Below are positions 23,770 through 32,841 of a stretch of 39,726 nt of DNA, piece after piece; the stretch's first letter is position 1; every line of letters begins with the position of its first letter. The translations under genes and the position numbers were made by a program. The stretch comes from a virus, in UHGV virus genome UHGV-0339228; one strand, given 5' to 3'. The notes under the pieces were generated by a model. It was not told the DNA's origin. It worked only from the letters and a program-made list of their open reading frames with translations, and made no database searches.

Positions 23770-23828
23770 TAAATTCTTAGCATCCAGTTGATGGGTGCTT
23801 TTATTATGTTTTAAAGGTGGTGAGTCCT

Positions 23829-24398
23829 ATGACAGAAAAACAGAAAATATTTGCAGATGAGTACTTGATTGATCTAAATGCCACACGGGCTTACCGCGTC
23901 GCATATCCAAGCGTAAAGAAAGAAGAGTCAGCAGCAGTAAATGGAAGTAAGTTGCTAAGAAATGCTAAGGTTGCAGAATATATTACCGAAAGAATGGAAG
24001 AGCGGCAGAAGCGGACGGAGATCACGCAGGATCGAGTTTTAAATGAACTGGCTGCCATTGCTTTTTCCAAGGCTTCAGACTACGCGAAAGTAGTTGAGAA
24101 ACAGGCTACAGCAGAAGTAGATGGAAATATTATTCCGCTCGTAGGAGAAGACGGAGAACCGATTCTGTATCGGACCGTAGAATTGGAGCTTACAGATAAC
24201 CTTACTGAGGAACAGCAGCGAGCCCTCGGAACGATTAAAAAGGGGCGCGATGGATTGGAACAGAAGCCCTGCGACAAGGTAAAGGCGCTCGAGCTTCTCG
24301 GCAGGCATTTAGGTATGTGGAATGACAAGCTGGATGTAGCAGGAGATATGGACATGAAGATTGTAGTAGACTATGGTGATGAAGATGAAGGAAGTTAA
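23829..24398 (+). CDS. Terminase small subunit (Terminase_2 / P27 family)
   Basis: MTEKQKIFADEYLIDLNATRAYRVAYPSVKKEESAAVNGSKLLRNAKVAEYI matches the Terminase_2 N-terminal DNA-binding domain. RBS AAAGGTGGTGA. The track start at 23817 is GTG. Confidence 0.75.
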   Translation: MTEKQKIFADEYLIDLNATRAYRVAYPSVKKEESAAVNGSKLLRNAKVAEYITERMEERQKRTEITQDRVLNELAAIAFSKASDYAKVVEKQATAEVDGNIIPLVGEDGEPILYRTVELELTDNLTEEQQRALGTIKKGRDGLEQKPCDKVKALELLGRHLGMWNDKLDVAGDMDMKIVVDYGDEDEGS

Positions 24399-25641
24399 TG
24401 TTGGATTTAACAGAAATTTTAAAGAATTCAATGAGTGCAAGAAACGATATCGACTGGCAAAAGGCTCTGCTGGATCCGGAAAGTCGGTAAACATTGCACA
24501 GAATTTTATCATCAAACTTGGCGATCCAAAGTATAAAGGTGCAAATCTCTTGTGCGTCCGGAAAGTAGACACAACAAACAAGGATAGCACCTATGCAGAA
24601 TTGAAGAGTGCAATATATAAAATATACGGGGATAAAGCAGGATTATTCTGGCAGATCAGAAGTAATCCAATGGAGCTGATCTCGAAAGTGACAGGAAATA
24701 AAGTGATTTTCCGAGGAATGAAAGATGATGGACAGCGAGAAAAAGTAAAGTCTATCACATTTGATGTCGGAAAATTAACATGGATATGGATTGAAGAAGC
24801 AACGGAGCTATATGAAGCGGATGTCGATATTCTCGATGACCGACTCAGAGGTGACTTGTCATTCAATCCATTTTTGTATTATCAGATCACATTCAGCTTT
24901 AATCCAGTGTCAGCAACGCACTGGCTGAAGGCAAAGTATTTTGACATTAAGAGCGATGACGTATACACACACCAGTCTACATACCTGCAGAACCGGTTCA
25001 TAGACGAAGCGTATCACCGACGCATGATGATGCGTAAAGAACGGGATCCGGACGGATATCGGATTTACGGACTTGGTGAATGGGGAGAGACCGGAGGTCT
25101 GATTCTTACAAATTATGTGATTGAGGAATTCGATACATCCCCAGAAAGATTCGATTACATGGTAAATTCACAGGATTTTGGATTCAACCATGCGAACTGT
25201 ATCGGGGAGGTTGGATTCAAGGATGGAGATGTCTACTTATGCCGGGAATTGTATGTATTTGAAAAAGATACATCAGAGATCATACAGTTGGCTGAGGGAA
25301 AATTCCAAAAACGAATCACCATGTATTGCGATTCTGCTGAGCCGGACAGGATTAAGATGTGGCAGAAAGCAGGATACAGAGCATGTCCGGTCAAGAAAGA
25401 GCCGAACAGTGTAAAAGCGCAGATTGATTATCTGAAGCAGCACACGATTCACATTCATCCGTCCTGCGTAAACACGACTAAGGAGATCCAGCAGTGGAAA
25501 TGGAAAAAGGATGAGAAAACGAACACTTTCACGGATGAGCCAGTGAATTTCTTTGATGATGCGATGGCGATGCTCAGGTACTCAATTGAGCAGGAGAGAA
25601 AAGGAAAAGTGAAGTTAAAGACCTTTAGAGGAGGAATATAA
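24373..25641 (+). CDS. Terminase large subunit (PBSX family)
   Basis: Walker A GSAGSGKS, Walker B-like WIWIEEATE, and a C-terminal RNaseH-like nuclease domain. Three in-frame ATGs at 24373, 24379 and 24385; the last (MKEVNVGF) has the best GGTGA spacing. Confidence 0.85.
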   Translation: MVMKMKEVNVGFNRNFKEFNECKKRYRLAKGSAGSGKSVNIAQNFIIKLGDPKYKGANLLCVRKVDTTNKDSTYAELKSAIYKIYGDKAGLFWQIRSNPMELISKVTGNKVIFRGMKDDGQREKVKSITFDVGKLTWIWIEEATELYEADVDILDDRLRGDLSFNPFLYYQITFSFNPVSATHWLKAKYFDIKSDDVYTHQSTYLQNRFIDEAYHRRMMMRKERDPDGYRIYGLGEWGETGGLILTNYVIEEFDTSPERFDYMVNSQDFGFNHANCIGEVGFKDGDVYLCRELYVFEKDTSEIIQLAEGKFQKRITMYCDSAEPDRIKMWQKAGYRACPVKKEPNSVKAQIDYLKQHTIHIHPSCVNTTKEIQQWKWKKDEKTNTFTDEPVNFFDDAMAMLRYSIEQERKGKVKLKTFRGGI

Positions 25642-25642
25642 A

Positions 25643-27001
25643 ATGAATGGGAAAAGACCATATAAGTTGCCGGAACCGCTTTTATGTTCCGCTGATGAAG
25701 AAATTAATATGACATTGATAGACGAATACATTAGAAAGCATGAAGAACGAATGCCAAGGTACAGATACCTTGAGAATCTATACAAAGGATTCCATGATGT
25801 ATTCCGTCTTCCGGAAAAGGAGTCATGGAAGCCGGATAACCGACTGGCAGTGAATTTCCCAAGGTATATCACAGAGACCTTTTTGGGATATGCCTATGGG
25901 ATTCCAGTTAAAAAATCACATCCAGACGAAAAAATAAAAGATGCGATCCTTGAATTTGACCGGGATAATGATATCTCTGACCAGGAATATGAGTTGGCGA
26001 AGAAGTGCTGTATCTACGGACATGCATTCGAGTATTTTTACCAGGACGAAGAAGCAAAGACAAAGACAGTAGTCTGCAATCCAAAAGAACTGTTTGTTGT
26101 CTACGATGATACCGTAAAGAGCCGCGCTCTATTTGCTGTCAGATATGGAAAAAAAGACGATAATGTCACAAGGTATGGCGAGATACTTACAAGGACAGAA
26201 ATTATCCCATTTGACGGAGAAAAGATGCGGGAGGGAATGCCGAACCCATATGGTCGCATCAACTGTGTTGAATATGTACTGAACGATGAGAGAATCGGTC
26301 TGTATGAAGAAGTTGCCGGCATGGTAGAAACATACAACCGAGTGATCGGAGAAAAGGCGAACGATGTAGATTCTTTCGCAGAAGCGTATCTTGCAGTGCT
26401 TGGTGCAGAATTGGACGAGGAAGGCGTTTATAAAATTCGCGACAACCGGATTATAAACTTGTACGGCACAGATAATGCAAAAGATATTATCGTACAGTTT
26501 CTCGGCAAGCCAACGGCAGATGGAACGCAGGAGAATCTTTTGAATCGGCTTGAGGATTTGATTTATCAGACAAGTATGGTAGCGAACATCAGTGATGAAT
26601 CTTTTGGAAATGCTTCCGGAACTTCCCTTGCGTATAAACTGCAGTCTATGAGCAATCTTGCGTTGACGTTCGACCGTAAGAATGAGAAATCAATGAGAAA
26701 GCGGTATAAGCTGTTTTGCTCCTTGGCAACAAATGTTCCAGATCGAGACGCATGGAAAGATATTGATTTTACGACGAGCAGAAATATCCCGAAGAATCTC
26801 TTGGAGGAAGCGCAGACAGCACAGGCGCTTGAAAGCATCGTGTCCAAGGAAACACAGCTGCAGGTTCTCTCGATCGTTAAGGATGTTTCAGAGGAGATTG
26901 ATCGAATGGAGAAAGAGGACAAAAAGAAGCAGGAAACAATCGTAGAGAAGCGGATGTTCGGAGGCGCGGAAGATGAGCAGTCAGGAGTATTGGAAGAATA
27001 G
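25643..27001 (+). CDS. Portal protein (SPP1 gp6-like)
   Basis: 452 aa. The N-terminal ..YIRKHEERMPRYRYLENLYKG.. is characteristic of the SPP1 Gp6-like portal family. It lies immediately after terL. Confidence 0.8.
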   Translation: MNGKRPYKLPEPLLCSADEEINMTLIDEYIRKHEERMPRYRYLENLYKGFHDVFRLPEKESWKPDNRLAVNFPRYITETFLGYAYGIPVKKSHPDEKIKDAILEFDRDNDISDQEYELAKKCCIYGHAFEYFYQDEEAKTKTVVCNPKELFVVYDDTVKSRALFAVRYGKKDDNVTRYGEILTRTEIIPFDGEKMREGMPNPYGRINCVEYVLNDERIGLYEEVAGMVETYNRVIGEKANDVDSFAEAYLAVLGAELDEEGVYKIRDNRIINLYGTDNAKDIIVQFLGKPTADGTQENLLNRLEDLIYQTSMVANISDESFGNASGTSLAYKLQSMSNLALTFDRKNEKSMRKRYKLFCSLATNVPDRDAWKDIDFTTSRNIPKNLLEEAQTAQALESIVSKETQLQVLSIVKDVSEEIDRMEKEDKKKQETIVEKRMFGGAEDEQSGVLEE

Positions 27002-28253
27002 AGAAGAAGAGCAGCGAAAGAAGAATATCAAGGATGAAGCCGAATACGCGAAAGAAATCGAGAAGATCTATGTGAACATGATGGATGAAATTCAGAAAGA
27101 AATTAATGGATTTTACACACGATATGCAAAAGCAGAAGGGATCACAATCGCAGAGGCAAAAAAGCGGGTATCTAAAATGGATATTGATGCATACAGTCGA
27201 AAAGCAGCACAGTATGTAAAGGATAAGAATTTCTCTAAGGAAGCCAATGAGGAAATGAGACTCTATAACGCAGCGATGAAGATTAACCGGCTTGAAATGC
27301 TGAAAGCAAATATCGGAATGCATCTTGTTGGTGGATTTGATGAGCTTCAGAAGTATTTTGAGCAGATCCTGACGGAGAAAACGCTGGAAGAATTTGAACG
27401 GCAGGCAGGTATATTGGGGAAATCCATTCAAAACAATGCGAAGATGGCACATTCGATTGTGAATGCTTCTTTCCACAATGCGAAATACTCAGACCGTATT
27501 TGGATGTACCAGGACATGATGAAAGCAGAACTGTCGAAGCTCTTACAAACAGGTCTGATACAAGGCAAGAATCCAAGAATACTTGCAAGGCACCTTACTA
27601 AACTGTTTGGAGTAAGCCGGGAAAATGCAGAGCGACTGATGATAACGGAGCTGTCGAGAGTGCAGGCAGAAGCGCAGAAACAGTCTTATATCCGCAATGG
27701 ATTTGAAGAGTATGAGTTTATCGCAGAACCTACCGCCTGTCCGATCTGTAGATCGTTGGACGGAAAACATTTTAAAGTATCAAAAATGATGCCGGGAGAA
27801 AATGCACATCCAATGCATCCACGTTGCCGGTGCAGTACAGCAGCATATATGGACGATAAAGAGTATCGAGAGTGGCTGGATGGATACCATAAGCATGGAA
27901 TGGATTTTGAAACTTGGAAGAAGAGGGTTGAAAAGAAATCTGTGTTTGATATAATAAAAGCAGATAAAACAGTCAGCGGACATTCTGGAACGCCTAAAAT
28001 GGCAGAGGCAGGAGCGGTAATAGACCATATCGGAAAAGACGGGAAAGTAGATGTAAGAGCTTTTTATGGAGAGTCGAAATTAAAATCTAAAGATATCCAC
28101 ACAACCGATCATGGGAATCCAAAGCAGCACCCTTATGGAGAACATGGGGAACACGTACATGATTATACATGGGGAGATGATGGTAGACTGAAGAATAAGA
28201 CAACTCGCGAATTAAGCAAAGAGGAAAGAAAGGAGAATGGCGATATATTATGA
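26973..28253 (+). CDS. Minor head morphogenesis protein (MuF / SPP1 gp7 family) with a ~130-aa C-terminal extension
   Basis: The Phage_Mu_F core includes ACPICRSLDGKHF...HPRCRCS. An extra C-terminal region follows, containing DHGNPKQHPYGEHGEHVHDY. RBS GGAGGCG. It overlaps the portal gene end. Confidence 0.8.
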   Translation: MSSQEYWKNREEEQRKKNIKDEAEYAKEIEKIYVNMMDEIQKEINGFYTRYAKAEGITIAEAKKRVSKMDIDAYSRKAAQYVKDKNFSKEANEEMRLYNAAMKINRLEMLKANIGMHLVGGFDELQKYFEQILTEKTLEEFERQAGILGKSIQNNAKMAHSIVNASFHNAKYSDRIWMYQDMMKAELSKLLQTGLIQGKNPRILARHLTKLFGVSRENAERLMITELSRVQAEAQKQSYIRNGFEEYEFIAEPTACPICRSLDGKHFKVSKMMPGENAHPMHPRCRCSTAAYMDDKEYREWLDGYHKHGMDFETWKKRVEKKSVFDIIKADKTVSGHSGTPKMAEAGAVIDHIGKDGKVDVRAFYGESKLKSKDIHTTDHGNPKQHPYGEHGEHVHDYTWGDDGRLKNKTTRELSKEERKENGDIL

Positions 28254-28489
28254 ATAAAGATGAATTAAGACAAATTTTATCTGAGTGTTGTAATGACATC
28301 TCTTTTTCTTACCGAGGACTGGCATCGGGAGTGACGGTTGAAGTCAGAGATTACATCCCAATGTATCAGGCGTGGCACGGTGATGAAACGAAAGAATATG
28401 ATAATGTAGATGATGTTATAAATGATAAATTTTATAGTGGAAAATCATTAAATGATCTAGTCAAAGAAGTAGAAATTGAAGCAATGTAA
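28250..28489 (+). CDS. Hypothetical 79-aa protein translationally coupled to MuF
   Basis: ATGA overlap with the MuF stop. An acidic protein followed by a terminator. Confidence 0.45.
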   Translation: MNKDELRQILSECCNDISFSYRGLASGVTVEVRDYIPMYQAWHGDETKEYDNVDDVINDKFYSGKSLNDLVKEVEIEAM

Positions 28490-28521
28490 TACCATCGGTC
28501 GAGCGGGCTGGTGGTATTTTT
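28490..28521 (+). terminator. Rho-independent terminator inside the head module
   Basis: Stem TACCATC / GGTGGTA with one G-U pair and a 13-nt loop, then TTTTT. Confidence 0.4.
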
Positions 28522-28546
28522 GTACTCATTTTGGAGGTGATGCGAT

Positions 28547-28834
28547 TTGATTGAGGTGAGAATTCGACCAGAGCGAATTAAAATCTCTGGACACGCCGGG
28601 TATGCGGAGCCGGGAAAAGATATTGTGTGTGCAGCTGTGACAGCACTTACACAGACGCTGATTCAGTCGATTGAAAATTTAACAGATGATGAAATAGAAT
28701 ACAGAATATCTCCCGGAAAGGCTGAGATAGAATACAGGAATCTGTCAGAGAAATCAAAAACTCTGGTGGATTCCTTTTTCGTTGGCATTCGCTTGATTGC
28801 CGATGAGTTTCCGGATTATGTAGCAATTATGTAA
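28547..28834 (+). CDS. Prp-like cysteine protease (ribosomal-processing protease homologue; candidate head-maturation protease)
   Basis: 95 aa. ISGHAGYAEPGKDIVCAAVTALTQT contains the catalytic His/Cys dyad of the Prp/YsxB (DUF464) family. GGAGGTGA RBS then a TTG start. Confidence 0.7.
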   Translation: MIEVRIRPERIKISGHAGYAEPGKDIVCAAVTALTQTLIQSIENLTDDEIEYRISPGKAEIEYRNLSEKSKTLVDSFFVGIRLIADEFPDYVAIM

Positions 28835-28916
28835 TTCGCGCCCAAGTCTTGAAGGCGTAAAAAGCTAGGGGAAAGGACCATGAAGAATGTCATTAAACTT
28901 TTAGGAGGTAAAGAAA

Positions 28917-29492
28917 ATGAAGAGCAGGATGTTTAGAATGCTGCAGTTATTTGCAGAAGAAACCGTAGATCATACAGCAGAACCTGATGCGGTGAAAGAT
29001 AGTGTTAATCCGGAAAACACATCTGATGATAGCGGAGAAGAAAAAAAGTACACAGACAAGGATGTGGATGCGATTGTAAACAAAAGATTCGCAAAATGGA
29101 AAACTGAGCAGGAACAGGCGGTAAAGAGTGCTAAGGAAGAGGCAGAAAAGCTTGCAAAAATGAATGCTGAGCAGAAACAGAATTACGAGATCGAGAAGTT
29201 GCAAAAAGAGAATGAAAAACTGAAGCAGGAGGCTGCAAAGGTTGAGCTTAGCAGAAGCGCCACAGGCATTCTTGCAGAAAAAGGAATTGAAGCAACGCAG
29301 GATGTTCTTGATTTTGTTGTAGGGAATGACGCTGATGATACGAATGCAAAAATTGATAAGCTTGTAAAAATCGTGGAATCCCAGCTTAAGAAAGCCGAGA
29401 TCGCCAGAGCAACCGGAACTACACCAAAAACCATGACGAACTCAGGAAGCCAGTTGTCTGAATTTGAAAAGAGACTTGCAAAGTATAAATAA
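28917..29492 (+). CDS. Scaffolding protein
   Basis: 191 aa. A helical, charged, coiled-coil-rich protein immediately upstream of the major capsid gene. The N-terminus MKSRMFRMLQLFAEE carries the LQLFA Prp-type cleavage motif. RBS AGGAGGTAAAGAAA. Confidence 0.6.
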   Translation: MKSRMFRMLQLFAEETVDHTAEPDAVKDSVNPENTSDDSGEEKKYTDKDVDAIVNKRFAKWKTEQEQAVKSAKEEAEKLAKMNAEQKQNYEIEKLQKENEKLKQEAAKVELSRSATGILAEKGIEATQDVLDFVVGNDADDTNAKIDKLVKIVESQLKKAEIARATGTTPKTMTNSGSQLSEFEKRLAKYK

Positions 29493-29506
29493 AGGAGAAT
29501 GCGAAA

Positions 29507-30424
29507 ATGAAGAACAGAGAATTTATGATGTTACAGTTATTTGCGGCAGGAGACAACAATGATATGCCGGTAAGAAGCTACCAGCTTGAGTTTAAAAGCC
29601 TTTTGCAGGCAGTATTTAAAAAGATGTCTTATTTCGCGGATTTTTTCGGCGGCGAACTTGAGGCACTGGATGGAGTCAGAGAAAATGAAACAGCCTTTTA
29701 TGTAAAAACATCAGACATTCCGGTTGTGGTTGGGACCGGATATGATAAAACGAAAACGAAAGCTTTTGGAACGGGAACAGGGAACTCTAGCCGTTTCGGA
29801 GAGAGAACAGAGATTATTTACACTAACACACCGGTTAATTACTCTTGGGGATGGAATTTCCATGAGGGGATTGACCGCCATACCGTAAATAATGATTTTG
29901 ATGTTGCGGTAGCAGATCGCTTGGAACTGCAGTCTCGGGCAAAAACAAAGCAGTTTAATAAGCAGCATGGAAAATTTATTTCCACATCTGCCGGAAAAAC
30001 TTTAAGCGTTACTGATTATACGGCAGACAATGTTTTGAAGTTGTTCAATGAACTTTCTAAGTATTTCAATAATATTGAAGCGGTTGGAACGAAAAAAATT
30101 AAGGTTTGTTCCGATCTGTACAATGCCGTTGTGGATCATCCTCTGAATACGAGTGCTAAAAACTCTACTGTAAACATTGATGGCAATGAGGTTGTGAAGT
30201 TCAAGGGATTCCTTGTAGAGGAGATTCCGGATGAGCTCTTCCAGTCCAAAGAATGTGCCTATGCATATATTGCCGGAGTTGCAAAAGCATTTACTGGAAT
30301 TAACACAGCGAGAACGATCGAATCCGAGGATTTTGACGGTGTAGCTTTGCAGGGAGCTGGTAAGGCTGGAGAATTTATTCCGAATGACAACAAGAAAGCT
30401 GTAGTTAAAGTGTCGGTGGGGTAG
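29507..30424 (+). CDS. Major capsid protein
   Basis: 305 aa. It sits after the scaffold and before the connector genes. The N-terminus [16 protein letters not shown] carries the LQLFA cleavage motif. RBS AAAGGAGAATG. Confidence 0.7.
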   Translation: MKNREFMMLQLFAAGDNNDMPVRSYQLEFKSLLQAVFKKMSYFADFFGGELEALDGVRENETAFYVKTSDIPVVVGTGYDKTKTKAFGTGTGNSSRFGERTEIIYTNTPVNYSWGWNFHEGIDRHTVNNDFDVAVADRLELQSRAKTKQFNKQHGKFISTSAGKTLSVTDYTADNVLKLFNELSKYFNNIEAVGTKKIKVCSDLYNAVVDHPLNTSAKNSTVNIDGNEVVKFKGFLVEEIPDELFQSKECAYAYIAGVAKAFTGINTARTIESEDFDGVALQGAGKAGEFIPNDNKKAVVKVSVG

Positions 30425-30426
30425 TA

Positions 30427-30460
30427 CCCTCTGACGATGTAGCCTTAGTTGGCAGAGGGA
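30427..30460 (+). promoter_or_regulatory. Conserved hairpin element CCCTCTG-nn-GAT-nnn-GCCTT-..-AGAGGGA, copy 1, after the capsid stop
   Basis: It starts 3 nt after the capsid stop codon. It is nearly identical in stem and loop-conserved positions to the element at 32842-32875. Confidence 0.45.
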
Positions 30461-30507
30461 AAGTCGGAAAGGCAAAAGTAGGAAAAGCGAAATAGGAGGT
30501 ATGAGTT

Positions 30508-30891
30508 ATGGCATATACACCAACTACATGGAATGACGGCGACGTTATGACAGCAGAGAAACTGAATAAGTTAGAGCAGGGCGTGAAGAATGAGCAGGTT
30601 GGACCAGCAGGACCAGCAGGAGCAGTAGGACCAGCAGGACCGGCAGGAGCAAAAGGCGAAAAAGGCGATCCAGGAGTAGCAGGACCGAAAGGAGACAAGG
30701 GAGATCCGGGCGCACAGGGACCTGCGGGACCAAGTTACACTCTTCCAGCGGCGAATAAAACAACGCTTGGCGGTGTGAAACAGATGGCTTTGATTGCAGA
30801 TTTGTCGACAGAAACAGCGACTGATCTGAAAAACAAAATCAATGCAATTCTTGCTGAAATGAAAAAACAGGGTATCATGGCGAATTCGTAA
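30508..30891 (+). CDS. Collagen-like repeat protein of the head module (head fibre or decoration candidate)
   Basis: 127 aa. The G-X-Y tract is [58 protein letters not shown]. It lies between the capsid and connector genes. Confidence 0.6.
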   Translation: MAYTPTTWNDGDVMTAEKLNKLEQGVKNEQVGPAGPAGAVGPAGPAGAKGEKGDPGVAGPKGDKGDPGAQGPAGPSYTLPAANKTTLGGVKQMALIADLSTETATDLKNKINAILAEMKKQGIMANS

Positions 30892-30905
30892 GGAGTTGAA
30901 ATTGA

Positions 30906-31232
30906 ATGCTGGATGATTTAAAAATTCTTCTGGGAATTGATGTTTCTGATAGGGATTCCGATGAAAAGCTTTTACTGATTCTGGAATCTGTGCGAAATCG
31001 TTTGAAACTGCTTCTCGGTGGCATGGAAGTGCCATCGAGTATGCAGCATATCGTTACGGATGTGGCAGTGATCCGTTTTAACCGCATTGGCTCTGAGGGT
31101 ATGTCTTCCCACAGTGTGGCTGGAGAAAGCACTTCGTACAATGAAAATGATTTTTCCGCCTATATGGACGAGATACAAGCGTATCTTGACTCTGTAGACG
31201 GGGCAAAACGGGGGAGGGTGCGATTCCTATGA
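30906..31232 (+). CDS. Head-tail connector protein (gp6-like / SPP1 gp15-like)
   Basis: MLDDLKILLGIDVSDRDSDEKLLLILESVRNRL is the typical N-terminal signature of gp6-like head-tail connector proteins. Confidence 0.7.
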   Translation: MLDDLKILLGIDVSDRDSDEKLLLILESVRNRLKLLLGGMEVPSSMQHIVTDVAVIRFNRIGSEGMSSHSVAGESTSYNENDFSAYMDEIQAYLDSVDGAKRGRVRFL

Positions 31233-31531
31233 GGTATGATAAAGCTGTATATTTTCAAACGGTAGTACAAGGAGTGTATAATCCCACAACAGGAGATTAT
31301 GCGGAAGATTATATAACCGAAACAAAACGGTATGGGAGTGTTTCTGATACTGGTACAGAAACGATGAATTTAGTTTACGGTGAGATTAAGCAAGGGAGCT
31401 TGACCATCCAACTACAGACGCACTATAAGGAGCTATTTCACAGGATTCGCGTTGGAAGGAAAGTATACAGAGTGGATTTTGAACGAAAACTGCGAACAAA
31501 GCATGTGTTTGTGGTATCTGAGGTGCAGTGA
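31229..31531 (+). CDS. Head closure / head-tail joining protein (SPP1 gp16-like)
   Basis: 100 aa, overlapping the upstream stop by 4 nt. Size and position fit the head-tail joining family. Weak motif support. Confidence 0.55.
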   Translation: MRYDKAVYFQTVVQGVYNPTTGDYAEDYITETKRYGSVSDTGTETMNLVYGEIKQGSLTIQLQTHYKELFHRIRVGRKVYRVDFERKLRTKHVFVVSEVQ

Positions 31532-31914
31532 TGGCTACGTTAAAAATCGAAGGAATCGCAACGCTAAATAAAGGTTTGAAGAAGCGGATGGATATGGGTA
31601 AGTTAAAATCTACCGTAAAAAAGAACGGCTCTGCTATGGAATCAAGGGCGAAAAGAAACGCAGTATTCAAAGGACATTACGCATGGGAAGAAGGGAAAGG
31701 CATGGTATTCAAAAAGCCGACAGGGAATTTGAAACGGAGTATAGGTTTAGAAATATCTCCGAATGGACTGAAGGCTACTGTGGAACCGAAGGCAGAGTAT
31801 GCTGCTTATGTAGAATTAGGCACTCGTAAGATGGAAGCCCAACCCTATTTAAAACCCGCATTTGAGGAGCAAAAGAAACAGTTTGAAAAGGATTTGCAGA
31901 AACTTGTGAGGTGA
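31528..31914 (+). CDS. HK97 gp10-family neck/tail-completion protein
   Basis: ..FKKPTGNLKRSIGLEISPNGLKATVEPKAEYAAYVELGTRKMEAQPYLKPAF matches the HK97 gp10 family signature. Confidence 0.6.
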   Translation: MMATLKIEGIATLNKGLKKRMDMGKLKSTVKKNGSAMESRAKRNAVFKGHYAWEEGKGMVFKKPTGNLKRSIGLEISPNGLKATVEPKAEYAAYVELGTRKMEAQPYLKPAFEEQKKQFEKDLQKLVR

Positions 31915-31917
31915 GAT

Positions 31918-32301
31918 ATGGATCCACAGCAAGAATTATTTACAAAATTACTTACAGAGATCAAAGCATTAGGATATGACGTATATGACGGCTTCTTACC
32001 GCCGGATGGTACGCCGTATCCTTTTGTTTATCTTGCAGACAACCACCAGATAGATGATGCCAATAAAACCGCTGTCTTTGGAAGTGTCCATCAGACAATC
32101 CATGTTTGGCACAACAATCCAAGACAGAGAGGAACGGTATCAAAAATGCTGTTGGCGATCAAAACCACATGCAGAAGACTGGATCATACCGAAAATTTTG
32201 CATGGAATGTCCGGAATGTAAATCAGAGGATTCTTCCGGATACAACAACAAAGCGCCCTCTTTTACACGGGTTGCTAGAAATAGAATTTAGTTTTAGTTA
32301 G
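31918..32301 (+). CDS. Tail terminator-like protein (SPP1 gp17-like)
   Basis: 127 aa, positioned between the gp10-like gene and the major tail gene. No strong motif. The call is by synteny. Confidence 0.4.
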   Translation: MDPQQELFTKLLTEIKALGYDVYDGFLPPDGTPYPFVYLADNHQIDDANKTAVFGSVHQTIHVWHNNPRQRGTVSKMLLAIKTTCRRLDHTENFAWNVRNVNQRILPDTTTKRPLLHGLLEIEFSFS

Positions 32302-32314
32302 AGAGGAGAAACGT

Positions 32315-32839
32315 ATGTTTAAAACAGGATTACAGTTATTCGCAGAGGCGGTAGCTGGTAAAAAAATTGTGTATTTATACCGCCTTGCTAAAAATGCTTC
32401 GCAAGAAGCGGGAAAAAATCTTGCATTCACAACAGAAAATGGAAGAACAAAAAGCAAGGACGCAGATTCCACTGCCACAAAGGACGGAGCCATCCGTACA
32501 CCCGGGGCTGCGGAAACAGAAATCACGGCCACTGCTATCCTTGCGAAGAAAGATAAGTTAATCTCTGAGTTAGAGGACGCAATGGATTCGGATGAGTTGC
32601 TTGAAATCTGGGAAGCAAACCTTGAGGATCCGGCAGAAGCTGGTCCGAATAAGTTTAAGGGTATGTATTTCCAGGGATATCTCACGGAATTTGAGATCAC
32701 ATCCTCGGCAGATGAAAATGTAGAGGTGTCTCTTACTTTTGGTGTTAACGGCTCCGGAAAACGAGGGGATGTTACTGTGACTGCACAGCAGCAGGAAATA
32801 GCAGCTTATGCGTTTAAGGATACGACACAGGAATCGTAA
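32315..32839 (+). CDS. Major tail protein
   Basis: 174 aa, immediately upstream of the chaperone and tape-measure genes. It has size and composition similarity to phi13-type major tail proteins. The N-terminus MFKTGLQLFAEAVAG carries the LQLFA motif. Confidence 0.65.
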   Translation: MFKTGLQLFAEAVAGKKIVYLYRLAKNASQEAGKNLAFTTENGRTKSKDADSTATKDGAIRTPGAAETEITATAILAKKDKLISELEDAMDSDELLEIWEANLEDPAEAGPNKFKGMYFQGYLTEFEITSSADENVEVSLTFGVNGSGKRGDVTVTAQQQEIAAYAFKDTTQES

Positions 32840-32841
32840 AC

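Noticed and set aside
26877-27476. 199-aa minus-strand ORF across the portal/MuF junction
   Set aside because: It is antisense to two strongly supported structural genes, has a Cys-rich low-complexity product, and has no translation signals.
30002-31035. Minus-strand ORFs of 157 and 154 aa within the capsid and head-collagen genes
   Set aside because: They are antisense to the major capsid and collagen-like ORFs and derive from the GC-rich G-X-Y coding repeats. No RBS is present.
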